From positions 10,388 to 74,387 of IMG/VR virus record IMGVR_UViG_3300028844_003737: 64,000 nucleotides of DNA; one strand, given 5' to 3'. This DNA comes from a virus. The notes beneath the pieces are model-generated. The model ran no database searches and was not told the origin of the DNA. It was given only the letters and a program-made list of their open reading frames with translations. This document shows positions 1-9,290 of this stretch, in pieces (position 1 is the first letter of the stretch; every line of letters starts with the position of its first letter). A program made the position numbers and the translations under genes.

Positions 1-39
1 ATAAAATTATTTTTATTTATTTCTTGAATTTAGCATGCT

Positions 40-56
40 TTGGTATGGTTATTGTA
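40..56 (+). promoter_or_regulatory. sigma54 (-24/-12)-like promoter upstream of pilin genes
   Basis: TTGGTATGGTTATTGTA resembles YTGGCACG-N4-TTGCW; GG at 42-43 and TTG(T) at 52-55 are correctly spaced; 60 bp upstream of the pilin ATG. Confidence 0.5.
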
Positions 57-116
57 GTATATAAGTAGAATGAGTCATTAGGACAAATTCAAATTGAATA
101 AATAGGGAGGACTGAA

Positions 117-776
117 ATGTTCGATATGATAAAAAGATTTTTCAAAAAACTAAATAAAAAGCTTAGAAAGAATACAGGAAACTCACTTGCTGAATTTGCT
201 GTTACTACCGCTATGATGGCAACACTTGCTACTACAGCTGCTCCTAAGTTTGGTAATGTTGGTGCTGCTGCTAAAGAGAAGAAGTCAATTGCTAACATTG
301 ATAAGATATTAACAGTAGCCAACAACTACTACAACCAAGCAGTATCTGAAGAAGGAAAGGGAAGATTTCCTGGACAATCAAAGTATGACCAACCTGTAGG
401 TGGGATTGACTTGTCAGATGGAGCATATACTGATGAAACTCTTGAAGCATACATTGAAACTATACTTGAACAAAAACAATCATATGAATCTGAATTAGGT
501 GAGTTTGTTTATGTATTTTCAGCATCTTCTGATGACGATGACGCTTTACAAGATGATTGGATGAACTTAGAAACATCTGTTGGATTCAATTCAGGTGGAG
601 CACTTGACTTCAAAAAAGACTTTGGTAACAAAGGAATCAAGTCACCATTTCAGGATGGTTCGTATGCTTACTTAGTAATACCAGGAAGTGGTAGTGGAAC
701 AGATGCTCAAGCACCTGCTCTTGTCGTAATAGACACAGAGAATCCAGGAATGCTATTTAAAACTTTAGTACCTTAA
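117..776 (+). CDS. type IV pilin/pseudopilin-like protein
   Basis: Basic leader, then G|NSLAEF (Glu at +5) and a hydrophobic helix ending APKF; RBS GGGAGG. Confidence 0.75.
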   Translation: MFDMIKRFFKKLNKKLRKNTGNSLAEFAVTTAMMATLATTAAPKFGNVGAAAKEKKSIANIDKILTVANNYYNQAVSEEGKGRFPGQSKYDQPVGGIDLSDGAYTDETLEAYIETILEQKQSYESELGEFVYVFSASSDDDDALQDDWMNLETSVGFNSGGALDFKKDFGNKGIKSPFQDGSYAYLVIPGSGSGTDAQAPALVVIDTENPGMLFKTLVP

Positions 777-811
777 TTTAATAATAGAAACAATAACCGA
801 AAGGAAAGAAA

Positions 812-1255
812 ATGAAGAACATACTCAAAAACACAAGTAAGGGTTTTACCTTGATTGAATTAGTAATGGTTACAATCATATTGGGAATCTTAGCGGCTGT
901 AGCAATACCTCGTTATCAACAGACTGTAGATAATGCGGAAGAAGCTGCAGAAAAGACATTTGTCGATATGGTATGGGCTGGATGTGAACAAGAAGCTTCT
1001 GAAAGAATAACTGAGACTGGACTTGAGGCATGGCCTTATAATCCACTAACAGTTATTGGTAGAAGTCGTAACATATCAGTTACATTGTTTGAAGGTGTAC
1101 CCGATGAAGATAACGAATGGCAGTTTAGTGTAGATGCGGCTGGTGAACCAGCAATATTTCATCACAGACGAAACGATGAAATCTATTACTACAAGTACGA
1201 TTCATTGACATTTGAGTTGGACGAACTACCTACGCTTTATACAAACGAAGGATAA
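812..1255 (+). CDS. type IV pilin (prepilin N-terminal cleavage/methylation domain)
   Basis: Canonical class III signal KG|FTLIELVMVTIILGILAAVAIPRY. Confidence 0.9.
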   Translation: MKNILKNTSKGFTLIELVMVTIILGILAAVAIPRYQQTVDNAEEAAEKTFVDMVWAGCEQEASERITETGLEAWPYNPLTVIGRSRNISVTLFEGVPDEDNEWQFSVDAAGEPAIFHHRRNDEIYYYKYDSLTFELDELPTLYTNEG

Positions 1256-1261
1256 TTAATG

Positions 1262-1290
1262 GGGGAATTTATAACGATTTCCCCTATTTA
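1262..1290 (+). terminator. hairpin, possible terminator after pilin pair
   Basis: GGGGAA...TTCCCC stem followed by TATTT. Confidence 0.4.
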
Positions 1291-1305
1291 TTATAAAGAG
1301 GTATT

Positions 1306-1749
1306 ATGAGATTAAATCTTACAGATGATATTTTAGAACTTGTATTAGGTGGATTAATAATGGTTACTTTAGGGTTCGTATTCTTTAGAAGTGACGAATC
1401 CATTAAAGTACAAAAAGAACCTACTATTGATGACTTTTATGAGTTCCCACTACAAGCGTGGCAGACCACAGACTTACAAGGTGGAGATTGTATAAAGATT
1501 AGATATATGGTTACTAAACCAAAGACTCGTTTGATTATGAAAAGCGCTGATGGAATAAGGGTACATATGCAACCAATATCTTTGAGTCCGAGAAAAGGTG
1601 AAGATAGAATAGAAACTTATGTATGGAAACTATATCGTACAGAATGGACAGATAAAATATCACCAGGTGAATATCTTATAATAGTAGGAACCGACCACGA
1701 TAGGAGACCATCCAAAACAAACTTATCAATAAAGGTAGATGTATTATGA
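1306..1749 (+). CDS. membrane-anchored hypothetical protein (N-terminal TM, beta-rich C-terminus)
   Basis: Hydrophobic LELVLGGLIMVTLGFVFF; RBS GAGG; overlaps next gene (ATGA). Confidence 0.7.
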   Translation: MRLNLTDDILELVLGGLIMVTLGFVFFRSDESIKVQKEPTIDDFYEFPLQAWQTTDLQGGDCIKIRYMVTKPKTRLIMKSADGIRVHMQPISLSPRKGEDRIETYVWKLYRTEWTDKISPGEYLIIVGTDHDRRPSKTNLSIKVDVL

Positions 1750-2360
1750 AAAAAACCTTGACTTCTATATTTTTGATGATAGTGATAGTGAACAATCCAA
1801 TATTTTCACAAGAAATCAAACGGACATCAGAGTTCAAAAGAGATGTTGCATATGGAATAGAATGTGATGATACAGAATACAGAGATTACAAAGGCTCGCC
1901 TGCTTGGAAAGGATATGGTGGATGGATATCCGAATGCGATTCAATTCGTACAACACGATTAAATGCTGAGTTTGCTCTTAGGTCAAAAGAAAGACAAAGA
2001 CAAAAAGCAATTCAAGATAGCATAGATATTGCAACAGCATCTTTTGATGATATAGACTTAGATGTTATGTGGGAAAATACAGTGTGGGAAGAGATTGACG
2101 AAATTACAGAAGTATACGGCGAAGTAGAACAAATAACTGCTGTTGCTGGAGTTCGTGGTGCTGAAGCAGAAGATGAAGCATTGAATCATTTATACTATAG
2201 AAGAAGTATGAAAGGCTTAGCTCTAATAGATTTACAAAAAGCTTATGGCAAGTTATCAATCAAAAGGGAAAATCTTATAAAGATAAATCCAAACCATCCT
2301 AAATTGGAGAAGATAGACAATCTTTTATCTCAATTAAAAATAAAAATGAAAAAAGTATAA
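1746..2360 (+). CDS. secreted hypothetical protein
   Basis: Signal-peptide-like N-terminus MKKTLTSIFLMIVIV; contains TAVAGVRG motif. Confidence 0.65.
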   Translation: MKKTLTSIFLMIVIVNNPIFSQEIKRTSEFKRDVAYGIECDDTEYRDYKGSPAWKGYGGWISECDSIRTTRLNAEFALRSKERQRQKAIQDSIDIATASFDDIDLDVMWENTVWEEIDEITEVYGEVEQITAVAGVRGAEAEDEALNHLYYRRSMKGLALIDLQKAYGKLSIKRENLIKINPNHPKLEKIDNLLSQLKIKMKKV

Positions 2361-2415
2361 AAAAAATGCGTTTTGAGAATTTTACTATATACATATATAT
2401 ATAAAGTTTTTTGAC

Positions 2416-2840
2416 AATTTGAAAATTTGAAAAGTGCAGAGAGTAATTAACTCTGTATGGGATTGGTCGAATAATGAGTATACTTGAAGCTCATAAGACA
2501 ATCTAATGTGAGTTGTGGTGACTTGGAACTCTGCTGAATGTAGTAGAGGTGTAACGGTCCTCATAGACATATGACACATAATGTACTTTCAGAAATAACA
2601 AGATGATTCTTGGACTTTGTTGTGGGTAAGGATAAAACTGAAATCCCACCTTGTGGCTGAATAATTTAGTCTCAGAAGAGATAAGGCAATAGCACAGACA
2701 TTGTAGTCGCTCTAACGTAGAACTAACCATCTATTAGGAGAACCAAAGTAACTTTTGGGTGTTAGGTACAAAGTTATAATAAATTCTGAGCTGAAAGTTG
2801 TAGGTAATCATTAATCCTACATCCCCCTAATTTTCAATTT
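2416..2840 (+). ncRNA. candidate large structured non-coding RNA (~420 nt)
   Basis: No plus-strand ORF; many local hairpins; long-range helices ACTTTCAG 2585-2592/CTGAAAGT 2791-2798, CTCAGAA 2671-2677/TTCTGAG 2784-2790, TTGAAAATT 2419-2427/AATTTTCAA 2829-2837. Confidence 0.7.
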
Positions 2841-2843
2841 TAT

Positions 2844-2915
2844 AAAAAAGGGTTCGATCTGATTTTTAGTTTCCACTATATTACAAACTTAAAAACTTTT
2901 ATGAACCCTTTTTTT
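2844..2915 (+). terminator. long hairpin/intrinsic terminator
   Basis: AAAAAAGGGTTC...GAACCCTTTTTTT with an inner imperfect stem. Confidence 0.65.
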
Positions 2916-2918
2916 GCC

Positions 2919-2948
2919 TTGACTTATATGCGATTTCTTTTGTAAGAT
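2919..2948 (+). promoter_or_regulatory. sigma70-type early promoter, probably giving a leaderless mRNA
   Basis: TTGACT-N18-TAAGAT; ATG at 2954 only 5 nt after the -10 box; no RBS. Confidence 0.55.
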
Positions 2949-2953
2949 CTTAT

Positions 2954-3481
2954 ATGAATAAATGTAAAAAATGTAATGAAACAATGGATAATCACAGAGC
3001 TCATCTTGGTTACTCCGAATGTGTTGAGTGTTCGACAGTAAAGAAATATTCATCGCATACTATATATCCACATAAAACTGGTGGGTATATCCAACCTGTA
3101 TCAGAAGAACAATCAGAAAATCTAAATAGGTTAGATAGAAGAGGTACATCTGGTAATAAACCAGCTAAAGGTATTGTAAAAGATAATAGTTGGGATAGGT
3201 GGTTGAAAGAATACTATGCTCCTAAACCAGAGAAGAAGAAGTTTGTACCTAAGCCTACGACACTACCTATTTATATACCTGTAAAGGAAGCTATGACTAA
3301 GGTGATGGATATGTATGAAAATAGGGGATATGATTCAGCATACGAACTAACACAATCATTGTATACCGATGATAAAATTTCACTTATGACTAAATCAAAG
3401 ATTACTAATGAGATAACTGAGTGGCAATATATGAGTGCTAAACAAAGAAGATGGCAAAAAAAACTGGAAATAAATGCATAA
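2954..3481 (+). CDS. hypothetical protein with N-terminal zinc finger
   Basis: CxxC...CxxC (CKKC/CVEC). Confidence 0.75.
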   Translation: MNKCKKCNETMDNHRAHLGYSECVECSTVKKYSSHTIYPHKTGGYIQPVSEEQSENLNRLDRRGTSGNKPAKGIVKDNSWDRWLKEYYAPKPEKKKFVPKPTTLPIYIPVKEAMTKVMDMYENRGYDSAYELTQSLYTDDKISLMTKSKITNEITEWQYMSAKQRRWQKKLEINA

Positions 3482-3520
3482 AGTCCTTGTTTATTAGCAA
3501 ATTTATTCGTAGCTTTATAT
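3464..3520 (+). promoter_or_regulatory. repeated early promoter
   Basis: CTGGAAATAAATGCATAAAGTCC-TTGTTT-N17-TAGCTT; near-identical copy at 5801, partial copies at 13473 and 17453. Confidence 0.8.
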
Positions 3521-3538
3521 ATAAAGAAAAGGGAAAAG

Positions 3539-5620
3539 ATGAGTAATTCAATAAAACATAATTTCAATCCGATGGCTCTCAGAGAGAAACATTCTGCTGA
3601 AAGTCGTACTAACAGCTATTCTTCTTTTTGGTTAGATAATGGTTGGGACAACAATACTTCTATATTTGACGATGAAGAAACTAAAAAGGGTGTAGATTTA
3701 GTCGCACTGGCTTCTTATCGTAGGGCTATCAGTAATTTCGTTTCTATCGTTACTGGTGAATCAGACATCAAAGTTACTTTCAATACTTCAGGCGATAGTT
3801 ATACTAATGGTAAAGAAGTTACTATCTCTTCTAAATTAGATGACAAACTATTTGACTCAACTGTTGGTCTGGCTTTGCATGAGGGTTCTCATATCAAACT
3901 TTCAGATTTTGATTTTCTAAAACAACTTGATACTAATATTCCAGCTGAGTATTTCAATAGAGGTGAAGCACTTGGAATGGAGAGATATGAAGTAATTGGT
4001 AAACTAAAAAATTTACTAAACTATGTAGAAGATAGAAGAATTGATTATTTTGTCTTTTCAAATTCACCGGGCTACAAAGGTTATTATCATAAGATGTATG
4101 AAAAATACTTTCATGCTAAGGTTATTGATAAGGCTTTAGGTTCTAATGAGTATACTTCAGTTGATTGGGATTCTTATGAATTTCGTATTATCAATCTCAC
4201 TAACAAAAATACTCTTTTGGATGTTCTGCCTGGTTTGAAAGATATCAGAAAAGCTATTTTCAGTAATGTAAAGAATTTAGATTCTACTGCTGAGGCTTTC
4301 GCTGTTGCTCTAAATGTCTTTGATATTATTCTTTCTAACTTAGAAGCCCAACCAAAAGTTGATGGTGGAAAAGGTGATGGCGAAGAGGGTGCTGATGGTT
4401 CTGAAAGTGGTGGTGATGAAAATGATATGGGTTCTAAAGGTGATGGTAATTCTGATGGTGAAGGCGAGTCAATGAGTGGTAAATCTTCAGAAAATCAGCC
4501 TGAGAATTCAAATTCTGATTTATCAGAATTATCAGACAGGCAGAAAAAACAACTTAGTAATGCTGTAAAGAAGCAGAAGAAATTTATGGATGGCGACATC
4601 ACTAAAAAGAAGCTAACTAAAAAAGATAAAGCTTCTATGGATGCTGTTGAATCTGCTGGAATGAAATATGTAGATGTTGCTAGTGGTGTTACAGATAATT
4701 ACTATGGTAAAAAAACTCCTACTAAAGTTTTATTGGTAAAGAAATTTACTAAAGCTCTAGCTGAGTCTGATACCATTCGTATGATTCAAACACCAAACTA
4801 CAGATGGGCTGGTGAAGAAACTAAAGAAGCTATTACTAAAGGTTTGGTAATGGGAACTATGTTAGGTCGTAAACTTCAAGTACGTGGAGAGTCTCGTGAG
4901 ACTAAGTGGTCTAGAAAAGATTCAGGCCGTATCGATAAGAGATTGATTGCTGAGTTAGGTTTTGGTAACCAGAGAGTTTTTCATACTTCATTTGTAGAAC
5001 AATATTCAGATGCTTTTCTTCACATCTCAGTTGATGCTAGTGGTTCGATGGGTGGAAAGAAGTGGGTAAATACTCAGACTTGTGTTGCTGCCATCGCTAA
5101 AGCTTGTTCAATGATTTCAAATGTTGATTGTGTAATTTCTTACAGAAGTACGCAGGATACTGGAAACTACAGACGTGGTGGTAAGAATTTCCCACTAATG
5201 ATGATTGCTTATGATTCTCGTGTTGATAAAATCAATAAAATCAAAAATCTATTTCCATTACTTCGTCCGAGTGGAACTACTCCTGAAGGATTGTGTTTTG
5301 AAGCGATTATGAAGGAAATTGAACCGGCATCTAAGGATAAGGATTCATACTTCCTAAACTTATCAGATGGAATGCCTATGTTTTCTAATGATGATATTGA
5401 CTATAACTATGATACGGCAATCAATCACACTAAGAGTATGGTAAATGAGATTCGTAATCGTGGTGTAAAAGTTCTTAGTTACTTCATTGGAGATAGTTAT
5501 GATAGGGATAGAAGTACTTCTACTTTCAAAAAGATGTATGGCTCAGATGCTGAGTTCATCAATGTGACTTCAGTACTTCCGGTTGCTAAAACAATGAATA
5601 AAAAGTTCTTACAAAAATAA
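3539..5620 (+). CDS. CobT-like metallopeptidase + VWA domain protein (MoxR partner)
   Basis: ALHEGSH (HExxH), NYVEDRRI, acidic Gly-rich linker, MIDAS DASGSM, GTTP, SDGMP. Confidence 0.85.
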   Translation: MSNSIKHNFNPMALREKHSAESRTNSYSSFWLDNGWDNNTSIFDDEETKKGVDLVALASYRRAISNFVSIVTGESDIKVTFNTSGDSYTNGKEVTISSKLDDKLFDSTVGLALHEGSHIKLSDFDFLKQLDTNIPAEYFNRGEALGMERYEVIGKLKNLLNYVEDRRIDYFVFSNSPGYKGYYHKMYEKYFHAKVIDKALGSNEYTSVDWDSYEFRIINLTNKNTLLDVLPGLKDIRKAIFSNVKNLDSTAEAFAVALNVFDIILSNLEAQPKVDGGKGDGEEGADGSESGGDENDMGSKGDGNSDGEGESMSGKSSENQPENSNSDLSELSDRQKKQLSNAVKKQKKFMDGDITKKKLTKKDKASMDAVESAGMKYVDVASGVTDNYYGKKTPTKVLLVKKFTKALAESDTIRMIQTPNYRWAGEETKEAITKGLVMGTMLGRKLQVRGESRETKWSRKDSGRIDKRLIAELGFGNQRVFHTSFVEQYSDAFLHISVDASGSMGGKKWVNTQTCVAAIAKACSMISNVDCVISYRSTQDTGNYRRGGKNFPLMMIAYDSRVDKINKIKNLFPLLRPSGTTPEGLCFEAIMKEIEPASKDKDSYFLNLSDGMPMFSNDDIDYNYDTAINHTKSMVNEIRNRGVKVLSYFIGDSYDRDRSTSTFKKMYGSDAEFINVTSVLPVAKTMNKKFLQK

Positions 5621-5633
5621 AGGAGAGATTGAG

Positions 5634-5786
5634 TTGAGTTTATTAGCATACAATAAAGAAGTACGAGATGAGATTGAAAAGCTGATTGAAGAGCATGTAA
5701 AGAAATCTAGAAGAGGTTATCCTTGGTCTGGTGAACATAAAGAAGTTACTAAAAAGATTATGAATATTTTTAGGAGAACTACTTAG
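5634..5786 (+). CDS. small hypothetical protein (50 aa, TTG start)
   Basis: RBS AGGAG at 5621; open frame MSLLAYNKEVRDEIEK...RRTT*. Confidence 0.5.
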   Translation: MSLLAYNKEVRDEIEKLIEEHVKKSRRGYPWSGEHKEVTKKIMNIFRRTT

Positions 5787-5800
5787 TGTACAAGAAAAAA

Positions 5801-5857
5801 CTGGAAATAATTGCAGAAAGTCCTTGTATATTAGCAAATTTATTCGTAGCTTTATAT
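5801..5857 (+). promoter_or_regulatory. repeated early promoter
   Basis: TTGTAT(5824)-ATTAGCAAATTTATTCG-TAGCTT(5847). Confidence 0.8.
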
Positions 5858-5897
5858 GTAAACAATGAGAGAAATACTAACAAAAGGAAAAAATAAT

Positions 5898-7049
5898 ATG
5901 GATAAAAACATAATCGTAAAAATTGAAAAGTCCGGCAATAGATATAATGCTTGGGACAAAGATGGTGTAAAATTTACATCACAGATTGGTACTTCTACCC
6001 GAAAGAAGGCTTTTCTAAGTAATATGGCTTTGGAACGTAGAACTGGTAAAGAAGGTAGAATTTACTGGTGGAAAGTTCCTATGGAGATGTTTGAATCTTC
6101 AATGGCTCCTGTAATCGATGTTTCATCTGTAGATGTTCCATCAGATCATGCTGAGGTTCTAAACTTCATTCACACTTCTTATAATCTCAAACCACAAGGT
6201 TTGGTTATGAAAGAACTGAAGTGGAAGTACTTAGTTCGTTCCGCTGTTCGTGGTAAGAATATTTTGATGACTGGTCCTGCTGGTTGTGGAAAAACTATGG
6301 CTGCTAAGTCATTAGTCAACTCACTTGATAGGGCTGACTTCTACTTCAACTTAGGAGCGACACAGGACCCAAGAGCTACTTTGATTGGTAATGTCCACTT
6401 CGATAAAAAGAAGGGTACTTTCTTTTCCGAATCAGTTTTTGTAAAGGCTATTCAAACTCCTAACGCTGTTATTTTGTTAGATGAGTTGAGTAGGGCTCAT
6501 CCTGATGCTTGGAATATTTTGATGACTGTCTTAGATAGTGGTCAGAGATATTTGAGACTTGATGAGGCTGATGGACAACAAACTATCAATGTGGCTGAAG
6601 GTGTTACTTTTGTTGCTACCGCTAATGTTGGTAATGAGTATACTTCTACCAGAGTTATGGATAAGGCTTTGATGGATAGATTCATTATCGTAGAAATGGA
6701 TGTTCTAAACTCTGATGAAGAGCATGGACTACTGAACTATATGTTTCCAAATGTAGATTCAGATTTACTGAAGTCTGTTGCTGAGATTGCTTCTTCAACG
6801 CGAAGTGAGTCAAAGTCTGAGGCTGGTAGGTTGTCTGCTGGAATCTCTACCAGAACTTCTGTTGAGATAGCTGGACTACTTTATGATGGCTTTGGATTAG
6901 ATGAGGCTGCTGAAGTAACTGTCTATCCTCAGTTTTCTGATGATGGTGGGCTTGAGTCTGAAAGAACTTATGTGAAACAACTTGTTCAAAAGTTTGTCTC
7001 TGATGGTTCTTCTGAGGACTTGTTCAATGAGGAAGAGATGAACAGCTAA
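5898..7049 (+). CDS. MoxR/CbbQ/CobS-family AAA+ ATPase
   Basis: Walker A GPAGCGKT, Walker B ILLDELSRA, ATAN, arginine finger MDRF; start taken after RBS AAAGGA. Confidence 0.9.
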   Translation: MDKNIIVKIEKSGNRYNAWDKDGVKFTSQIGTSTRKKAFLSNMALERRTGKEGRIYWWKVPMEMFESSMAPVIDVSSVDVPSDHAEVLNFIHTSYNLKPQGLVMKELKWKYLVRSAVRGKNILMTGPAGCGKTMAAKSLVNSLDRADFYFNLGATQDPRATLIGNVHFDKKKGTFFSESVFVKAIQTPNAVILLDELSRAHPDAWNILMTVLDSGQRYLRLDEADGQQTINVAEGVTFVATANVGNEYTSTRVMDKALMDRFIIVEMDVLNSDEEHGLLNYMFPNVDSDLLKSVAEIASSTRSESKSEAGRLSAGISTRTSVEIAGLLYDGFGLDEAAEVTVYPQFSDDGGLESERTYVKQLVQKFVSDGSSEDLFNEEEMNS

Positions 7050-7062
7050 ACAAATTCTCTCT

Positions 7063-7137
7063 GTGATGGTGGCAACTCATTCCACCATCACTATGGGCCT
7101 TGAGTTTTAATTTTCCTTTTTTCTCAGGGCCCATTTT
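7063..7137 (+). terminator. tandem GC-rich hairpins ending the MoxR unit
   Basis: GTGATGGTGG/CCACCATCAC (7063-7091) and ATGGGCCTTGAG/CTCAGGGCCCAT (7093-7134) followed by TTT. Confidence 0.65.
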
Positions 7138-7166
7138 CATAATCAAAAGGATGAAGGATATAACAT

Positions 7167-7397
7167 ATGAAAAAAATAATAGAAATGGTTTTAGAAAGAC
7201 ACAAAGACAGGCAAACAAATTTAGCATCGGAAGGTGCTAGAAAAGCAATAGCTGCTGAAATAGAAGCTGCTATTCTTAGTAATGAAGGGGATAAATATCC
7301 TACAGATAAAGATATAGATAATTATTTAGTAGAACAGTACAATAGAAATAGACCTACTGATGAACACATAACAAATTATTCGGAGATTCAAAAATGA
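7167..7397 (+). CDS. hypothetical protein
   Basis: ORF with RBS AAGGA. Confidence 0.65.
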   Translation: MKKIIEMVLERHKDRQTNLASEGARKAIAAEIEAAILSNEGDKYPTDKDIDNYLVEQYNRNRPTDEHITNYSEIQK

Positions 7398-7660
7398 CAT
7401 ACGAAGATTTTTTAGTAATGGCTCATAGAAGTACAGGACTTGAACCAAAATATAATGTTTATTTAGAATATGTAGAAGTTTTAGAATTTGTAAAAGCTTA
7501 CGCTAATAATAATTCTGATGTATTTTCTTATAAGAATACTATTTATAATAAGAAGATAACAATTGGCGAAGCTCAATCAATTCTAAAGAGAACTGAAAAA
7601 AAGAAGTTCGATAAAAATATTAGAATTTGTGCTCTCCAATTAGGCCTCAAATTACGATAG
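7394..7660 (+). CDS. hypothetical protein
   Basis: ORF overlapping previous stop; RBS GGAG. Confidence 0.65.
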   Translation: MTYEDFLVMAHRSTGLEPKYNVYLEYVEVLEFVKAYANNNSDVFSYKNTIYNKKITIGEAQSILKRTEKKKFDKNIRICALQLGLKLR

Positions 7661-7671
7661 GAGAAAAAGTT

Positions 7672-8175
7672 ATGGCTAAGAAACCAGCATCATTTGAGTA
7701 CAATGGTACTCTAGTAAAAGTTTTAGATGGAGATACAATCGATTGTTTTATCGATTTAGGTTTTGATTTGAAAATCAAAAAGCGAATTAGATATATGGGT
7801 ATTGATACTTGGGAATCAAGAACAAGAGACTTGGATGAAAAGGCAAAAGGTTTATTAGCTAAAGCTCGTAACAAAGAATTATTAGAGGCTGGAGTTTTCA
7901 AAATAGTATCTTACGGAACAGGTAAGTTCGGCAGGGTATTAGGTGAAATCTTTGTAGATCCATCAGCAGTTGGTCATGAAATATCAGAAAATGTTGATAG
8001 AAATAAAGATGGTTTGGTAAGTATAAATGACATTCTAATTGAAGAAGGTCATGCTTATGATTATCACGGTGGGAAGAAAAAAGATTTCAAAGCAGAAGCT
8101 AAGAAAGAGATTGACGCGGAAAAGAAAGGTAAGTCTAAAGATTTAGTTGACAAGCCATCGGAAGAAAATCAATAA
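7672..8175 (+). CDS. thermonuclease (SNase-like)
   Basis: VKVLDGDTID, IRYMGIDTWE, GKFGRVLG, INDILIEEGHA; start moved to ATG after AGGAG. Confidence 0.9.
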   Translation: MAKKPASFEYNGTLVKVLDGDTIDCFIDLGFDLKIKKRIRYMGIDTWESRTRDLDEKAKGLLAKARNKELLEAGVFKIVSYGTGKFGRVLGEIFVDPSAVGHEISENVDRNKDGLVSINDILIEEGHAYDYHGGKKKDFKAEAKKEIDAEKKGKSKDLVDKPSEENQ

Positions 8176-8178
8176 ATT

Positions 8179-9290
8179 ATGAAAAATAAAGTAAAGGGAA
8201 AAAGGTCACATGCCAACGAAGGAGAAAAAACAGAAGTGTTTGATTCCTGATTTAGAAATAATTCCTAAATTAGATCATATACTAACTGAAGAAGATGTAA
8301 AAGTATCATTATTAGAATTGAAGCGGAGAGTGGGTGCTCCAAAAATAAGTTTTAGGAAAAAGAGATGAGTGAATTAGAAGAGTCTGTATTGCGGAGCCAG
8401 ACAATTCTTATGATGGCTCGTAACGATAAAAATAGTAAGATGGTAAAAAGAATTCTAAAAAGATTTATGAAATTTGTAACTAGCAAATGAGGTTGTAATG
8501 TCAAAGAAAAACAAGAGTCAATGGAAAGACTATAAAACATACACACTTAGTGATGGTACTAAATTTTTAGCACGTGATGATAGTGATGCTAAATTGTATC
8601 GTTCAAAGGTCGGAGATGAAGGATAAATGTGTAGTCTGTAAAAAAGATTCTCATCACAATAAAGACGAACACATAAAAGTTCGTATCGGATACATCGAAG
8701 GTTCAGGACAATTATGCTTGAATTGTTATGATGATATTTATAATATAAAAAAAAGCAGAGGTAAAAATGATAATAAAAATAATAGTACCATACGCTACTG
8801 AAAGTTCATCTCAGACTTGTAGATATATGAGGTTTGACAGTGAATAAAAGTAAGTGTGAAGTTTTACAGACAGTAACTACTGTAGACGGAACTCTTTATG
8901 AGGGTGAAGTTGTTACTGTTCAAGACAAAGAAAAAAATGGCGATATAAGAGTCAAGGATACTATGGGAAAAATATGGTACATAAAAGATGATATTTTAAA
9001 GTCGATGGAAGGAAAATAAAATGACTAAATTTGAAGAAGTAATTCATAATCTTACCAACTTTATAGTTGGCGAACAGAAAGAAGAAGTAGAAGTGTCTGC
9101 TAAAATACAAGTAGGATTTACTGCTCCTAAAAAGAAACGAAAGTATACAAGAAGGAAGAAAGTCAATGCCAGCAAAAAGAAGTAGTGATAGAACACCTAA
9201 GATCATATCCTTACTAAAAAAAATGGAAAAACGATATGATATAATAGCTGAGTCTTTAGAAAAAATTGAGAAGAAATTGGAGAAAATAAA
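8179..9290 (+). other. cluster of short overlapping ORFs (about 40-62 aa), including 8616-8801 (Cys-rich) and 8834-9019 (SH3-like beta pattern)
   Basis: Consecutive small plus-strand ORFs with RBS-like motifs and stop/start overlaps. Confidence 0.5.

Noticed and set aside
2416-2840. RNase P RNA, tmRNA or self-splicing intron
   Set aside because: No GAGGAAAGUCC, no tRNA-like ends or tag frame, and no interrupted gene around it; kept as unclassified ncRNA
3539-7049. Cobalamin biosynthesis genes (cobS/cobT)
   Set aside because: No cobN or other cob genes; a generic MoxR-VWA pair is the simpler reading
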